This document shows, one piece after another, positions 28,919-41,500 of a stretch of 64,000 nucleotides of DNA (the first letter of the stretch is position 1; each line of letters begins with the position of its first letter). The notes under the pieces were generated by a model. It made no database searches and had not been told where the DNA came from. It saw only the letters and a list, made by a program, of their open reading frames with translations. The DNA is from Balanoglossus misakiensis (Eukaryota; Animalia; Hemichordata), in NCBI GenBank assembly GCA_040954595.2, contig CM082580.2, forward strand, positions 9,402,390 to 9,466,389, given 5' to 3'. The position numbers and the translations under genes were made by a program.

Positions 28919-31426
28919 TCATAGCTTCGATTCAGAAGTACCGTCATCAAAGGGCTGAGTGTTTGCTTGCATTCTAGCTTGTAAATGTGTCCACGCTTTC
29001 TCCACCTGCAAACAGAATAAAGAAGTTCTTGGTTACATTATGGTACACTGTAATACCAAATCTAAAAGAGGAGCTAGCATCCTGTTTTATTTCTGGTGGC
29101 TGATGTTACTCTACCTGTTGCTGGGTGACCTGGGGATCCCACAGAGTGCTGAGTACAACGTTTGCATTGGCCACTCTCTCGTCATTACTGATCTGAGAGT
29201 CAATACGTTGCAGTGCTCTTTCTTCGCTCAAACCATCCCGGTCTATGATTCTCTTGACTGCCTAAAATGAAAAAAAAAAGTTGAAATTATGAGAAACCAA
29301 ATTGTCACACGATATAAGCTTACGCTTTCATTATCCTGTTTTTTTCAGAAATGTAAAAAAGAGCTACATAAACTGAACATTGTGGTGATAAATGCAGGAT
29401 AAAGATTTGGGTTTTACCTCATCTTTAGGAACAATGGAAACCCACACTTCGTGCACAAACTCAGTCCAACCAGCTTCCAATAGTACTGCTGCATCTAAGA
29501 CACATATCTTTATTCCTAAGGACAGAGAGAATTTTTGAATTAGTCCAAAAGATTTTCACACCATTGGATATTTCAAAATAGCCAATCTGAAGCACAATCC
29601 ATTTCTCACCTTTCTCTGTACACTCAGATATCTGCTGGTTTGCTAGCTTTGCTATTTCTGGCCACACAATATGATTGAGTGTGTTCAGCCTGGATCTGTC
29701 TGCAAACACTTTGGCCCCCAAGGCTCTCCTGTTGATGGCACCATTCTCAGCTACTATGTCTGAAAGTCAGATGGTTGTATATTAACATAGATATCTTTCC
29801 TTATCCTTTAAATGAAACATTGATCTGTAATGCACATGTTATTAAGCAACGCATCTGGACAAAGAGGACTTACCCTCTCCAAATTCCTCAATGAGTTTGG
29901 CATATGTATCTGTGCCAGGTTCATAAGTCTTGTGTCCCAACTTATCACAATCGATAACAAACGCACCAAGTTTTTCTAATCTCTTACAGACTGAGGACTT
30001 GCCACTCGCTATACCACCTGTCAAGCCTAAGACATACGGCTCCTTTGGAAGCATTGGTTTATCCTACGGAATGATAAAAAGCAAACTATATTTTATGTCT
30101 GAAGACACTCAGTATCCAGGTGACGAATGCTGAATATTTCTATACTGTTGGTACCTACCAGAGGTGGTTTGAGTAGAAGACCCAGAATCCTTTGCCTTTG
30201 ACTGGAAGAACTTATCTTACTTTCTTCATGAGCTGCATGATGGGTATCTCCCACAAGGCCAATGATATGTACATCAAGTTTGCTGAGACCCTGTATAAAT
30301 GATACAGAATGAATAAATTTAAGAAATAGTATACCAAACAAAACCAGTCTATACCAAATATTACACTTCAAAGCTACGATTTCCAAATGCTATTGTCAGA
30401 TTTCACAATCTGGACAGAACATCACCACAGATCTTGAGATTCTTAGACATACAGGTTACCTTTGCAATTCTCTTGTCATTTACCATGTCCCCACCCTTTA
30501 CGGTTTCCTCACTGACCACAATGCACTGCATGTCAGGATCAACGATGGACGGACCAAAGGGATCGAGGATGGGTACTACAGACTGGTCGTGCAAGAGCCA
30601 GGGTTTGACGTCCTTCACAAACTGCACAACTTCATCAATCCTTTGTTGGACTGGCAATATCAACTCACAGAGGGTTTTCTCTGAAAAACATGAAACGATA
30701 ATCCTTTAATAATTTCTGAGAAATGTCACATTTTATACTGGTGTATATACCGGTACTGTGTTTACCTGAAACTCAGATGACACGACTCTGAATTTCTTCC
30801 TGTTTGTTGATAATGATATACTTACTTTTGTTCATGGCGCCATCCGTGACACCTACAGTTATTTTCTCCTCGGCCAGAAGACAAGATTCACTCAGTAAAA
30901 TTTTATGTCCATTGTGCAGTCTATCAAACGTCCCACCAAGCACTACACTTCTGTAAGATTTCAAGCATTCCTCTTTTCCTTCCTCGGCTGCATCTTCAAG
31001 AATACAGTTCTCCAACTGTTTTAGTTCCACATCAGTCTTTACACTGTACCCCGTTTTAATAAACTGAGGTAGGCCATTCCCGCTCTTGGGGAAATCGGTC
31101 AGCACGATGTCGACATCCCGACTCAGTTGCCAGGGTAACTGATGACCTATTGGCCGACTACCGATATTGTGGAGCAAGACCCGGACGTCCAAATTTTGGC
31201 AAACGTCTGCCGCGTTGGAGTATATGCTGGTTACCAGAGACGAGACTTCCTTGGTGAGTTTGATTGTGGGGATGGTCTGCACATCGACTGACTGGTGCAG
31301 AAATGGCAGCAAGTTGACGTACAGTGTCTCCTTGATGTGTCTGGAGGCACTGGTGAGAATTGGAGCGATGTTTGACCTCACCACATGGATTGGGGATGTC
31401 AGCAGCAACAGTCCCGTTTGGAACAT
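28919..31426 (-). CDS. COASY: Bifunctional coenzyme A synthase (PPAT plus dephospho-CoA kinase), multi-exon
   Basis: Starts [16 protein letters not shown] HxGH motif [40 protein letters not shown] and DPCK P-loop [11 protein letters not shown] are present. Ends [28 protein letters not shown]. Confidence 0.96.
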
Positions 31427-31949
31427 GTTAACACCTGTACAGAAATAATAACAGGGTTCTAGTATCATACAAGTGACAAGAAATTTAATTCTGGTAATCT
31501 TGATTACAATTGGAAATTGCAATAGATATATTTAAACTTTTAGAAAACTTGAAGCAGGGGGGTTATTGCATTGATTTAAATGATTTCATTATTCATTTGA
31601 TGGCCAAACTTCAAAGTTTAACTTTTTCATATACATTGCGTTTTCTGCCACAATTTATTTTCCTCTAAACTTCTTAAAGTAAAATGTATCTTATCTTGTA
31701 CTCCTTGGATCTGCTCGAAATTGTCGTTGGATGACTTCATTTGTAATGTTCAATTCATTCGAAGAGTTACCACAGGGTAAACCAAAAGATTATACTAGTA
31801 CTAACTACTTTAGTGCATTCATCAGAGACATCATGCTGGGTGCATACCTCCAGGGCTTCCCCTGGTTTCACTCAAGTTTCACCCGGTCTCAATGGCTTCC
31901 CCTATTCAGTAGGCGTAGCCACTAGTGTAGCAGTGAACTTGTCACCACA

Positions 31950-32584
31950 AGTTTTTGGGTCGTGACGTGGGCTAAATGGGGAACGATTCCCGGCGTGCAA
32001 AGCACAAATAAAGGTTTTATCACGTCGCAAAGGTCAACCGGCGCCTAGCAATATCGCTGGCACCCAGCCAGGTCCAAGAGCGTGCCCCAGCATAGCACAG
32101 CAGTGGGTAAAAAGACCCAGTACAGCGTACCACAGCCCCAGTCAAGGTGCGGACTTTAGCCGACGAAATTGCGGACACCCGGCGCGACCGCAGACGGAAT
32201 GTACATTGGGAGTGTCGACTAAGTGTCTGGCCTCTTTGAGAATGGAAAGGCTGTACCTATCTCAGGAGGAGAACTGGTCTCCGCTTGATCTCCGATTGAA
32301 TCTGGGTCACGATTTCGACCGTCCCCGTCGGAATGAGTACCGATCCTTTCAGGTGAGAACCGATAGTAATTTTGACCTTCAACCTTTACCAACTGGGCAT
32401 GCCCAGATAAGTCATATGACAGTCACATGCATGAAACCGACCAATCGATAAGTGTAAATTTGCACTGACATGGCGGCAAGAGGATAGTCTACTGCCTGAT
32501 TCTTGGAGATATTGTATCGGATATTGACCGGCTTCGTTACTTTCCTTTCTGTTTCAGATAAAATTGGACCCCTTTGGAACAGAG
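31950..32584. promoter_or_regulatory. CpG-rich bidirectional promoter region COASY/ANKRD28
   Basis: High CpG density between divergent genes, CCAAT at 32441 and YY1-like CATGGCGGC near 32469. The COASY first exon is not firmly located (candidate donor near 32258). Confidence 0.6.
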
Positions 32585-35500
32585 ATGGTCATCCAGCACC
32601 TTTGTGATGAGGTGAGGAAGCATTTTTTTAACATACACCGGCGCGATCGCGACATAGCTGGGGACAAGTTTCTCGATCTCACTTCACACTGCGTCAAGTT
32701 TGCTTCGCAGTGTCCAGTGACCTTCGAATACTCCAGCTGTTGTTGTTTGTGTGCGAAAATAGTGATAACCATATCTGTTTTGATCTTGATGACCAATAAT
32801 AATGATAGCAGTTGATATTGGAAAATACTGGTCGAGCACAGCTCGCCTCTATCGGTGTCGATTGTATGCACGCTGATGATAAAGAACACGGAAGTGTTTC
32901 CTTCGGGCTCCTCAAATCAAATCTGTCGACGATGAATCGTCATTTTTCAATATTAAATTTCATAAGAGAAAGTGTCATAGCGTTGGCAGGCTATCCCTAT
33001 CAGGCACATCATACTTCCTCAATATATGGTGACTTGTATTGTACCCCCGGACACGTCCAAATCACACCATGCATTCTAGGTTCAGTCGGGGGTACGCTGG
33101 CAGACGAAACCACGCCTTTCCATTTGTGGTGGAAATGGTCGGCTTCCACTTGGCATACCGATGCCACCCACCCACAATAAATCAAAAAGGTCATGTAAAT
33201 CAATGTGCCCCCGGGTCATAGGCTTTGCAGGTTTAGAGTACACCTTTTTGGCAAATTGTACAGTACTGGACATCATGTTTTGAGAGAAGATCCCTGTTTG
33301 ACACTTTGATGTTTCACACCATCAATATGTTTAACACCTCGTCAACCTCTGTGTGACTGAACCACTATCACTTGTTTGTAAGTCTGACAAGACTGAGCAT
33401 ACTTCTCAGTTTTCTGTCTCACATTCGACCACCTTCAATTAACATTGGAGCAGCGTGGAGACAAACTGAATATTTTCTTTACTGGCCCCACCAAACAAGA
33501 AATGAGACCTAATCCAAAACAAATGGGTGTGAAATGAAATGTAGGTCAAGGTCAAGGTCATTTGGTATTCCTCAGAACAAGATCATGATGGTGTAAATAC
33601 ATGTACAAATCAACAACCTCTTTACATGTACATAGAACAACTGATATCTGTTTTGATGGTTACACATGCATTACCATAGCCACCCAAAACATAATGATCC
33701 CCTGGGGCAGTTTCTATTCTAGTGGTTCATGTATTGTTGTGGATTATGTCAAGAATAAGTCTCCAAGATCTTTATGGTACAAGCTGCACTGTTCATGTCT
33801 TTTATCAACAGTAGCTACATGTAGCTAATTCCTCGGCCTAAAAGTAATCTTGGGATGATTTCTATCCTGTCTTTTCAGCGATAGGGGATGAATTATGATT
33901 CGCCAGTCTGGCAGAGGGACTGTGGGTGTATCAATAGTTAATACTCATAGGTTATATCCGCTATATGAGGGGCCTGTCCAACACACTCTATTTCAACTTG
34001 TAAATTATCAGATGTTCATGATAAACCCACGGCTTGATGCAAGCATTCTCAAAACTTCAGGGACACAGTGCTTTTAACGTAGGATTCTGTGCCATCAATC
34101 AATATAGTATCTTTAATGCTTGAATTAAGTGGTGGTGCATTAAAGGATAAGAATTTCTGGTATCGCAGTGTTGACCCTGTCATGCCAAAGCCCAACAGAT
34201 AAAAGATATTATTTTTGGCAGGGTAATGGTTGATATGAAGAATTTAAATGTGGTTCCATTTTAATGGTGTCCTTGCCTGTTTGCAAACATATGTTTATCA
34301 ACTTGCAAATCCCCCCCCCCCCTCCAAAATTAGGAATATTAAATTCTATTCAGTGATATATGTCTTTGTAAGTAATGTTATGAGGTAGAATCACATTGTG
34401 ATAATTTATGATGTGGTGGTTATATTCACTTGTGCATGGGTAAATTGATATCAATAATCATTTCCAATAGTCAGCCATTCCCAGTAGTTGGTCTACTCAA
34501 CTACATGGCTTGAGGCGGTTGTGATTAAATAATAAAGACTTGGCAAGACCGATTACTCTGCAGCTGAAAACTGAGTAGCTAGATGTCTATAAATAGAATC
34601 TGCAATAAGCTCCTAAATCCCAAATGTCAGTCTCGCAACTGAAACATTAATTTTTATTCCTTAACATGTTGGGTGTAATATGAGCTCCATTCTTGTCTGT
34701 TTTTTTAGGCTGTTATTTGAGCATCCTCTTTCAGTCATATTATGCTGGTACAGTCCTCAATGGTAATATTCTGTCGGATACTTAATTACTGCAACGATTA
34801 TAGAATTACAATTAATTTAATTAGCTAGTTGTAAGACACCACATATTAGATCACACATTTTCACTTTTACTGTTAGGAACCTAATAGTAATACCCATGGT
34901 TAACCCCGTAATCAATAATTCACCTATATTGCAATTGTGGGTGCGGGTGTCCCATATATACTGGTACACGCTACACATAATATATGTTAAATATAGAATT
35001 CTAGTTTCATTGTCTCTATTCGTGTGTTAGATACCATGGGTTCAGACAATACGCCAGCAGAATAACAACCAAGGATGCTAGCCTCATTTTTACAGTTCGA
35101 GAACGTCACTGCCGATCTAAAGAATGCAGAAATCAATCAGCCTACGTTTATTGCACTTGTGATTGGTTTGGAATTGAGCCAGTGCTTGTCGTATTTATAC
35201 ACACACGTGCAGCTGACGTTTTGTGGAACGTGTCTGTTGGGAATACGTTTGACTGCAAAGATTTCATAGCAAGCAGCTGTGATAAAGTTCATCTATATCC
35301 AGGACTTTTATGTACCAATGGCGGACTCGGCTTTTGAAATTTATGACGAAGAGCGACTGAGAATGAAACAAAGTACAATGAATATTGTTTCGACGTCTGC
35401 TACTGTGGACTATAGTATGTGAAGGAACACTTGAATTACCGGGCAATGTTTACTCTATCTTTACCACAGCCACCTATAGTACAAGCGGTGTTCCACGGAG

Positions 35501-38500
35501 ATGCCGACGAAGTCAGAGCTCTCATTTACAAAAAGGAAGATGTCAACATTCAGGTATGTACGAAATTTATTGTTGGAGATGAAGTGAATTTGCTGATGCA
35601 ACCTCTTATTAATAAATTGTGTCCTTCATATTAGTTCAATGTATGCAGGAAATATTAATAACCAATATTATTTTATCAAGGATAAAGGACCTATGTACAT
35701 GTAAATAGGTTGGTATTTATAATAAACGACATCAGAAAATTCTATTAACCTCCGATGTACAAATGTAGATACGGAAAATCGGCTCAATTTCATGTTTCAA
35801 TTGACAGTTATATGCCAAGTGAATTAGTAATACATCAGTCAACTTTCTTTATGAACCTACATGCACCTGGACAAAATTGGCTGCCTTGCTAGTGCATGTA
35901 TGTGAAACAACCTCGGCTGACACATGATTGTATCTTGATTGGGTGAGAGTTCAAACTGGCAGATGTTGGCCCCCATGTGATTTGAGGCCTACCCTGCACT
36001 TTGTACTGTGTTATCACGCGCTGAGACTTTGAAATGAAGGATACAAGATAAGAGGTGACATTTTCGGCTGTACGCCTCCCACTGATTTGTCGACTGGGCC
36101 ATTCAAATGTGATGCAAACATTTCACACAAATGCATTTCCTTGAAATTCAAACATCTTATTTCTTATTACTTGTGTATGTGCCTGTGATGTTATAAGATG
36201 GAATAGATTGATTGGCCAGTCTGCATTTAATACAGATAAAACGTGTAGATAAGTATTCCTCCCCATCTCCAATTTACAATATTGGCTGACTTTAGAATAC
36301 TAAATTACTGTTGGCTGAAATTGTTCTCAGAAACTGAAATGTTCTAAGGATTTGGCAACTGCTGTTTTTCCACACTTGTACATTAAATGGAACAGCCTAA
36401 AACTCAAATAGGTCGTCCATACGTATAACCTCAACTACGCAATAGTGTTTGTGTGTTATTTAGATATCTCTGCTTTTCCCCCAACACAGGACATGGAAAG
36501 GCGATCTCCACTACATGCTGCAGCATACTATGGGGATTCAGAAATCGTAGATTTGCTAATCCAGAGTGGTAAGTGGAAACTGAATTCTTAAAAAGATGTT
36601 AATGTCTAAGAAATTCAGTGAATCATGAGTTTTTGCGGGACTTGATGTCTGTGTCAAAAATACATAACATCCCTAATCAAATTATCAGCCAAATCAATCA
36701 ACCAATCAAAATCTTTATGATCCTAATTTGGTATTCCTTCCTATAGTACACATACATTTTTAATCGCTATTATTCATCTGAATGCTACAAATGCAACAGT
36801 AATATCTCCCAGTTCATGTGCGCTTCAATTAAATTTGAACTCTGACCTTTTGTGTTGTAGGTGCCCGAGTGAACACAAAAGACAACAGGTGGTTGACGCC
36901 ACTCCACAGATCATGTGCTTCGAGACGAGAGGTGAGTTTAAACATTCTCCAGTCATCAGTCGACTTCTGCGCGATGATGATTAATTAATGATGCTGGTGG
37001 CGAATCTCCAACAAAAAACCCTCTATCCCACTGTTCTTATTAGTTCTACTGTCATCACCTTTGAGGAGCCTAACTCTCTAGCGATTATTGCTTTTTGCTC
37101 CGCAGGACGTCGTCAAAGTCCTTCTGAAGCACAGCGCCGACATCAATGCCAGGGACAAGAACTGGCAGACGCCGCTGCATGTGGCCGCAGCCAATAACGC
37201 GGTGCAGTGCGCAGAGCTGATCATTCCACAGCTGACCAATGTCAATGTCAGCGACAGACAAGGCAGGACGAGTCTGCACCATGCGGCGTTTAACGGACAT
37301 CTCGAGGTGAGTTTTGAGATGGTGACTGTCTTTGCACAATTTAATTACCACTGAAAGTAGATGGTTGACAGCAAAGGGTGTCAGTGAAGAAAATAACAGA
37401 TGACGGGAAAATATTACTTTGTTAAAGAAAAACAGCTAAAACTGGTGAGCCGTGATGAGGGAAAAATGAAACACCATTATGGTTATCCAGAGGAGTAATA
37501 AGATTTGACTTCTTTGTAATATGTCTTGATAATATGAGTTATTTTCATAACTGCAGACATGTGCATACAGTGTAATTGACATCTGACCTTCTGTTATTGG
37601 TATCTTGGTGGCATTGAATAAAAATTCAATTTGAAAGCAATTTGAAAATTCCCTGTTGGGTTCTGGAGTAGACATTGTGTGTGCATATAGTAGTGTCATG
37701 ACCTCTGTCTAGCTGTGCAAAACGTGATACCTGATTTCTTACAAGCGCATGTAGATTTTTTTGTGGTGGTAAGAAAAACTGCCTGTCTATGCAAGATCTC
37801 ACATGGCCCAGTGGAGTTTGAAAAATTGTCTATTGGTGTTAATCCGTTGAAGGTCACAATGTCAAACAGTAGGGCTGTTCTCACGTTTCAGTCATCCTTG
37901 TACAAAATTGATCTGATAAGATATTTTGGTATCTGCAATTAAAAAAATATAACAGTAGGTTGTTGTAGTTGCCATTTAAACAATCACAGGCTGTTCTGAT
38001 TACCGGAGTACCACTGACATTTTAAAACATACCGTGAGGAATAGGCATTCAGATTGTTAACATGATAGTCTGAAGCTATGAACCCAGTCCAGTCAAATTC
38101 AGTCTTGAATTGATATCTAGAAATCTAGAAATAGATATCCCCCCCTTCTTAAGACATCAAGCCAATATGGGTGACATGTCTTTTTTGCTTTATTTATATT
38201 TCTGCATAAAATGATGTAAAATTGTCTGTTTTCATCTTTAAGAACAGAATATTTGCCACAAATAATTTGTTTTATGCAGTGTATTTAGATATAATTGTGA
38301 GTTTGGAATCTTATAAATATTACATGTCTGCAACAGCAGTATTTAAAAAAAAATGTATATCTCATTTTGAAGACTAAACATGAAAATTGTGATTTTCTGC
38401 TATCAATAGTATTCTATTCAAATCAAAGTGAAGCTGATATTCTGGTCTAAATAATCAATGGCATTTAATGCACTAGCTTTGACGTCATATGCATCTCATT

Positions 38501-41500
38501 GTAGTGGAAAGCATTGTACAGCCTACAGGGTATTACTTTGGTTATCCAGTCAGAATCTCTTCATCTATCAGTTGAATGTCTGAATTGGGTCTGTGTGTTC
38601 CAGATGCATTATGTGTGTTGACGACTGTTGGAAAAAAACAGATCATTTACTGTACTCTTAGTCAACAACTTGTATTTGAAAATTAAATCGTGCTGGGTAG
38701 CCAACAGTATTTGATTACCATATTGTGAATGATCAAACGATAATGGTTAAATTATGTATCAATAATTTGTAATATTTTGCAACTCCTGTAGAGATTGTAA
38801 TGTAATTTTTGCCAAATTGTTTGTTTGGTTTCCAGATGGTTGAGCTGCTGTTGTCGAAAGGAGCCAGCATTAATGCATTTGATAAACGAGACAGGAGAGC
38901 CCTGCATTGGGCATCTTATATGGGTAAGTGAGTGACAGCCATACACAGAGCATATAGTCTGAATGTTTTTTTGGTGTTTGAAATTTTGATTCTAATTACC
39001 AAGTTTACCAAGTTGAGTTTTTTGTACAAATCACCAGGTCATGTTGACATTGTGAAGAAACTGATCAGCCATGGAGCCGATGTGAATTGCAAGGATAAAA
39101 AGCAGTACACGCCACTGCATGCTGCTGCAGCCAGCGGACAAATCACTGCGGTCAAGTTGTTCCTGGACATGGGCGTTTCCGTGAGTCTCTCAGATCATAG
39201 TTCAGTATAATGCGTGCAGTGTTTAATTTCTGAATCCATTTTTGCCAACGTGCTGATGATTGGGCCCTACAGTACATTGATCATGAGGGAGTCAGTGCAC
39301 GTCAGACAGAGAATTCTCCTCAAAGCATACTTTGGTGTTTTCTCCACAGATTGATGCTCCCAATGCATTTGGTAACACGCCAATGCACGTAGCGTGTCAC
39401 AACGGACAGGACGTGGTAGTTAATGAATTACTGCTCTATGGGGCTTCGGTAGATGCACTCAATCACAAGGGACAGGTAAAGACTACAGTTTGTGCACAAT
39501 CATTAACTTACAGACATGTCCATATGTCCACAGGTAGACATTTGGATATAATGAACCTTGACATTTCTGGTGTAAAATGGCCACTTTTATGTGACCCCTG
39601 TATGACCTTACGACCTGTGACATTTCGTTTGGTGTGTGGTCTTACCACCAGTAGTGATAGAGTCGTTTTCACAATCTTGATTCTCACAGAGTCCCCTGCA
39701 TCTAGCAGCCGCCTCCACACACGGTGCCTTGTGTCTGGATTTACTAGCCAACGATGGTGCTGACTGTAATCTTCAATGCAAAGAAGGCAAAACACCCCTA
39801 CACATGACAGCAGTGCATGGACGATTTACCAGATCCCAAACACTGCTTCAACATGGTGAGTACTTCTTAGGGTGAGAGATTCAGGGAGTTGCATGGTGGG
39901 TAGATGGAGGAGGGTTGGTAGACAGGTGACAAGTGTGTAAGGTTCAGATGTTGGTTACACTATATGATGACTTGGACATTAGAGACAGTGCATGTAGAAT
40001 ATTTTAATTAGAACCTACAATGTACTTGTATAATATATGAGATACTGGGTTTAAGCATTAATGAGTATGCTATTTATTATATTTCTTAATGCACTGTATG
40101 TTATAACTTGACGAGAGTGCGCAGGTATAGAAATAGTGTCCAACTTCCTGTGATGTGTTGAACTACTGTTTGAAACTTCATGCTTGAAAAAGAACTGACA
40201 TCACAAGTTTTACAAACTAGTTTAGTGCACTATGGTTGTGATACTCGACTAACATTTTACAGTTTCATGAACTATGCTAGAACCACATCCATTAAAAACT
40301 AGAACCAGATGAAAAACGTAACTTCTAATTTTCACATCACACATGTTTGTGTGAAATGTCATTAGAACAAAGATAGAATTCTTTAAACCTGACACAGAGG
40401 GCTTTAACATGCTTTTGACATAACTCCATTCAAAAGCATGTATTCTGTATATGGAAGTAAATGATTGAATCTTTAGTAAAATACATAGGCATGGCAATGT
40501 TTTGAGTCCATATCTAGCTTACTACACCCCTTTCCTTTTTTTCACTGTCTTGCTATTGTCTTGTTTCTGAGGCATGTAATTTTATACAGCATTTACCAAA
40601 CATACCTGAAATCCGTAAAAGACACACAGACATGTTGCTTCATGTATGCTTTTACCCTTTTTTTGTCAACTGCTTCACAACTTGCATCCATCTTTCATAA
40701 CGCCTGCACGACTGTCTCTGATTTCAATACGTCTTTTTACATTTATCCCCCATTTTCTGTTCTGATTATGTTGCCATTTTTGTCTCACTTACACTTCAGC
40801 GTTACAGTCTGTTATTCGCAGGGGTGAGTAATCACATCACTGCAAAAACCTGCATGCAATTTCTCGAAGCCTAGCTCTGTGTTCAGTCCCTCCTGCTATT
40901 TTGTTTGTACGTGCATTACACTCAGCTCAGTTGCTTGAGATACGTGGATTGAGTAGGCAAATATACACCACCACATCTAAAAAAAAGTTACTCATTCTTG
41001 TGACAAGTAACCGTTTCATAATCTACATAGTTTACTTCAAACCAAATAGGCTGCTTTTCTGTCCCCATGTGACAGGAGAGTCTTGGGGAAATTTTCTAGT
41101 TTTTGTATTCAAGATGGCTGCTGACAGAAATGTGAATAGCTGTTGATTTGTCATGACATGGGGAGTCGAGTTTTTGATTGGCTTGTGAAATGTTGACAAA
41201 CTGATGATCGGTACTTTACCAAAACTTCCACCTCACATAGATTGTAGATGCAGGATACTGTTGTCTGGGTGTAAATCATGGGTCGGTCAGATAATGGTAA
41301 ACAAAAGTCAAGGTGAACACCCATCAGGAATATAAATACTTCTGTGAAGTAAAATGAGTTGATCAAATTCTTCCTCAGAAGTAGCATTTACACCTTCAAC
41401 AACACATGCAGTGCTTTCACGAAATACCCAACGGATTTAACTTGTTGTTTGTTTCATTTGCCAGGTGCTCATGTGGATGTGACTGATAAGAATGGGAACA

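Noticed and set aside
31427-31522. N-terminal extension of the COASY ORF in the track
   Set aside because: It starts at TTG and runs through an intron. A splice acceptor at 31435 precedes the homologous ATG at 31426.
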